From NCBI RefSeq assembly GCF_052170435.1, contig NZ_JBQNAN010000007.1, positions 14,275-46,274 of the forward strand: a DNA stretch of 32,000 nucleotides, given 5' to 3'. The notes under the pieces are model-generated. The model was not told where the DNA came from and ran no database searches. It saw only the letters and a list, made by a program, of their open reading frames with translations. The position numbers and the translations under genes were made by a program. Positions 30,047 to 32,000 of this stretch are shown piece after piece. The first letter of the stretch is position 1, and every line of letters starts with the position of its first letter. This DNA comes from Campylobacter sp. (GTDB lineage Bacteria; Campylobacterota; Campylobacteria; Campylobacterales; Campylobacteraceae).

Positions 30047-30093
30047 AGAGCGATTTTACTCAAATTTTACTTAAATATATTTTAGGCGGCAAC

Positions 30094-30528
30094 ATGGGAT
30101 TTGATATAAAATGTAAATTTTTGTCGTTGTTTAGGGAGTTTTTGGTCTATCACCACCGCTCGCTGGAGTTTCGCGCTAAGGTCTTTGCGGCTATCATCTC
30201 AGCCAAACTCAATCCCGAAGAGGACGATTTTGAAAATTTATACGATATCTCGAGCGAAATTTACGGCGGCGACGAGAACCGCAAACGCGTACTTATAGAA
30301 ACCACCAAAGAATACGTCTCCCGTATCAAACGCAAAGACCCGATGACGCTTGATAGCTTGCTCTTAGCGATCGATCAGGCCATCAGAGCGAACAAAAACT
30401 ACGCGCTAAAGATCGACTTCGAGCACCTACGCAGGCTCATAGACGCCGACGAATACGAAGGTCTCGTACAGCAACGCGTGTATGATTTCTTGTTATACGA
30501 GGTAAAAACCTACGCGCCAAACAGATAA
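30094..30528 (+). CDS. Hypothetical cytoplasmic helical protein (possibly TerB-like; unverified)
   Basis: 144-aa ORF with no signal peptide or transmembrane segment and a charged, helical-looking composition. I recognise no diagnostic motif. Confidence 0.55.
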   Translation: MGFDIKCKFLSLFREFLVYHHRSLEFRAKVFAAIISAKLNPEEDDFENLYDISSEIYGGDENRKRVLIETTKEYVSRIKRKDPMTLDSLLLAIDQAIRANKNYALKIDFEHLRRLIDADEYEGLVQQRVYDFLLYEVKTYAPNR

Positions 30529-30562
30529 AACGTTAAATTCGAAGGTCAAATTTTGCCTATTT

Positions 30563-31246
30563 TTGCTACTTTTTTGCGGCGTTTTTTATACTGCTTTTTA
30601 TTACGGATCTGATTTTTTGGGAGGCGATGCGCTTGATGACGGCATTTATAAAGAGATCGATATGTCGGAGGCCGGCAGCGCGACTGATATAAATTTTACC
30701 GTCAAAAAGGCCGGTATTTACGAGATAAGTTTCATCTACGCGCAAGATCCGCAAAAGCAAAAAGAGGAAGAAAAACTTAGCGAGGAGGTCTTCCCGGGAT
30801 ACGGCAGCGACGAGTTTACGAAGTGGTTTTGCCGGAAAACTACAGCTGCTAAGCTAGCCGGCTACTACGGTTATACGACTCAAGGCGCCCCTGAGGCCAT
30901 TGGCACGAGCGAAGAGGAAAAAGCAGCCTGCATGGGCGAAAAAATATTACTAAAAGTTATGCTCAAATCTCTACAAAACCGCAAAATAAGCTACATAAAA
31001 GGCGGCGAGGCGAACGATCTAAAACAAAATTTAAGCGCCCTAACCGAAACCTTTGATCTGTCAAAATACGGCGCGACTTCATGGTACAGCGCCCCAAACG
31101 GAGGCTTTGCGCACGATAAAGTTTTGCTCCGAGCAGAGCTTGAAAAAGGCGAATATAGCGTAAAAGTACAGGCTGTAAGCGACGCGCCCGAGCTAAAAAA
31201 GATCGTAACGTTTATTAAAATTAGCAGATATCGCAACTGGAAGTGA
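30563..31246 (+). CDS. Hypothetical protein with a short hydrophobic N-terminus (possibly exported)
   Basis: 227-aa ORF. The only start codon after the upstream in-frame stop (30503-30505) is TTG at 30563, with a weak, distant GAAGG. Alternatively it starts at the internal ATG (MSEAGS). No motif recognised. Confidence 0.5.
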   Translation: MLLFCGVFYTAFYYGSDFLGGDALDDGIYKEIDMSEAGSATDINFTVKKAGIYEISFIYAQDPQKQKEEEKLSEEVFPGYGSDEFTKWFCRKTTAAKLAGYYGYTTQGAPEAIGTSEEEKAACMGEKILLKVMLKSLQNRKISYIKGGEANDLKQNLSALTETFDLSKYGATSWYSAPNGGFAHDKVLLRAELEKGEYSVKVQAVSDAPELKKIVTFIKISRYRNWK

Positions 31247-31286
31247 TGATTTGCGAGATTTTGCATGTCAAATTTGACTAAATTTA

Positions 31287-31973
31287 CTAAAAATTCCTAA
31301 GCCCTATTTCCAAATTTGAACGTATCAAATTTGGATCAAATTTAGCCTTCGTCTGCGTCAAATTTCCGAAATTTTCGCCAGTATCTAGGAAATTTTGCAA
31401 GTAATAAACGCCCCTATATCCGTGCTCGTACAAAATCTCGCTCATCTCTGAGATATCGGCCTCGTCTAGCAAGTCCGCGTGCACCGTCGTTCTAACCTCA
31501 AATTTAAAGCCGGTTTGCAACAAAAACTCAAGCGTTTGCAAGAAATTTTTATACAAATTTGAGCCCGCAACCTTGATAAATTTCTCCTTCGTCGCCTTAA
31601 AATCAAGCGCGATATAGTCGATCAAATTTAGCGAGATAGCCTGCTCAATCGCGGTCAAATTTGAGCCGTTGGTATCGACCTTGAGTGAAAAGCCGCGCGA
31701 CTTTACCTCATGAGCTAGCAGTAAAAACGCCGGGCTAAGCGTACATTCGCCGCCGCTAAAAACCACGCCGCTAAGCTTGCCTTTGCGCTTGTCTAAAAAT
31801 TTGATAAACTCGGCGCAGCTGATCTGTCCGGCGCCCGTGACGATAGGGACGTTGTAGCAGTAGGCACAGCGCATGTTGCAGCCCGCAAACCACGCTATAC
31901 AGGCCGTTTTGTCGGGGTAGTCGAGGGTCGTAAAGGGGGTGAGCGAGTAAAGCGGAAAATCAGCGTCTTTCAC
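31287..31973 (-). CDS. nrdG: Anaerobic ribonucleoside-triphosphate reductase activating protein (radical SAM, NrdG type)
   Basis: 228 aa. N-terminus YSLTPFTTLDYPDKTACIAWFAGCNMRCAYCYN has the CxxxCxxC radical-SAM cluster in the NrdG-like context, plus VVFSGGE. Confidence 0.78.
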   Translation of the reverse strand: MKDADFPLYSLTPFTTLDYPDKTACIAWFAGCNMRCAYCYNVPIVTGAGQISCAEFIKFLDKRKGKLSGVVFSGGECTLSPAFLLLAHEVKSRGFSLKVDTNGSNLTAIEQAISLNLIDYIALDFKATKEKFIKVAGSNLYKNFLQTLEFLLQTGFKFEVRTTVHADLLDEADISEMSEILYEHGYRGVYYLQNFLDTGENFGNLTQTKAKFDPNLIRSNLEIGLRNF

Positions 31974-31976
31974 GTT

Positions 31977-32000
31977 TTACTCGCAGGAGTTTAGCGGGAT
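31977..32000 (-). CDS. Last 7 codons plus stop of an upstream gene running off the right edge (possibly nrdD, by synteny only)
   Basis: The minus strand reads ...IPLNSCE-TAA, with the stop at 31979-31977, 3 nt before the nrdG ATG. It is far too short to identify. Confidence 0.25.
   Translation of the reverse strand: MPLNSCE

Overview
This window is core chromosome spanning the replication-origin neighbourhood (ruvC-dnaA-dnaN-gyrB) of a Campylobacter-like epsilonproteobacterium. DnaA, IlvD, FlgE and the YedE/YedF (FdhT/FdhU) pair closely resemble Campylobacter homologues. The fairly high and uneven GC content suggests the non-jejuni C. curvus/rectus/showae/concisus group, but the species is not determinable here. 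Gene order, left to right:
- a partial TonB-dependent receptor
- recJ and pyrG
- a DUF4492-like gene, cydA, cydB and a small ORF
- an Fe-type alcohol dehydrogenase
- yedF-yedE and ilvD
- a CsgG-like lipoprotein divergent from a secreted Asp/Arg/Tyr-rich protein
- an NhaC-type transporter
- flgE with a sigma54 promoter, then thyX
- a disrupted gene, then ruvC, dnaA, dnaN and gyrB
- a degenerate GGDEF-EAL membrane protein
- queF with a long basic tail, and a tandem YfbR-like HD protein
- SRP (4.5S) RNA
- two hypothetical genes and nrdG

I found no CRISPR array, transposase, integrase, prophage, rRNA or tRNA, and no recognisable defence island. I also cannot point to a clear-cut novel multi-gene system. 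The observations most worth follow-up are:
1. A very strong over-representation of the palindromic hexamer AAATTT in coding and non-coding DNA.
2. The divergent pair of CsgG-like lipoprotein and disordered D/R/Y-rich secreted protein.
3. The QueF basic-tail fusion, translationally coupled to a duplicated HD nucleotidase-like protein.
4. A GGDEF-EAL protein degenerate in both domains, coupled to gyrB.
5. An Ala-rich, hexanucleotide-repeat insertion in the FlgE variable region.
6. A gene between thyX and ruvC inactivated by a frameshift plus a nonsense codon.

All functional calls rest on motif recognition by eye. No database search was run.
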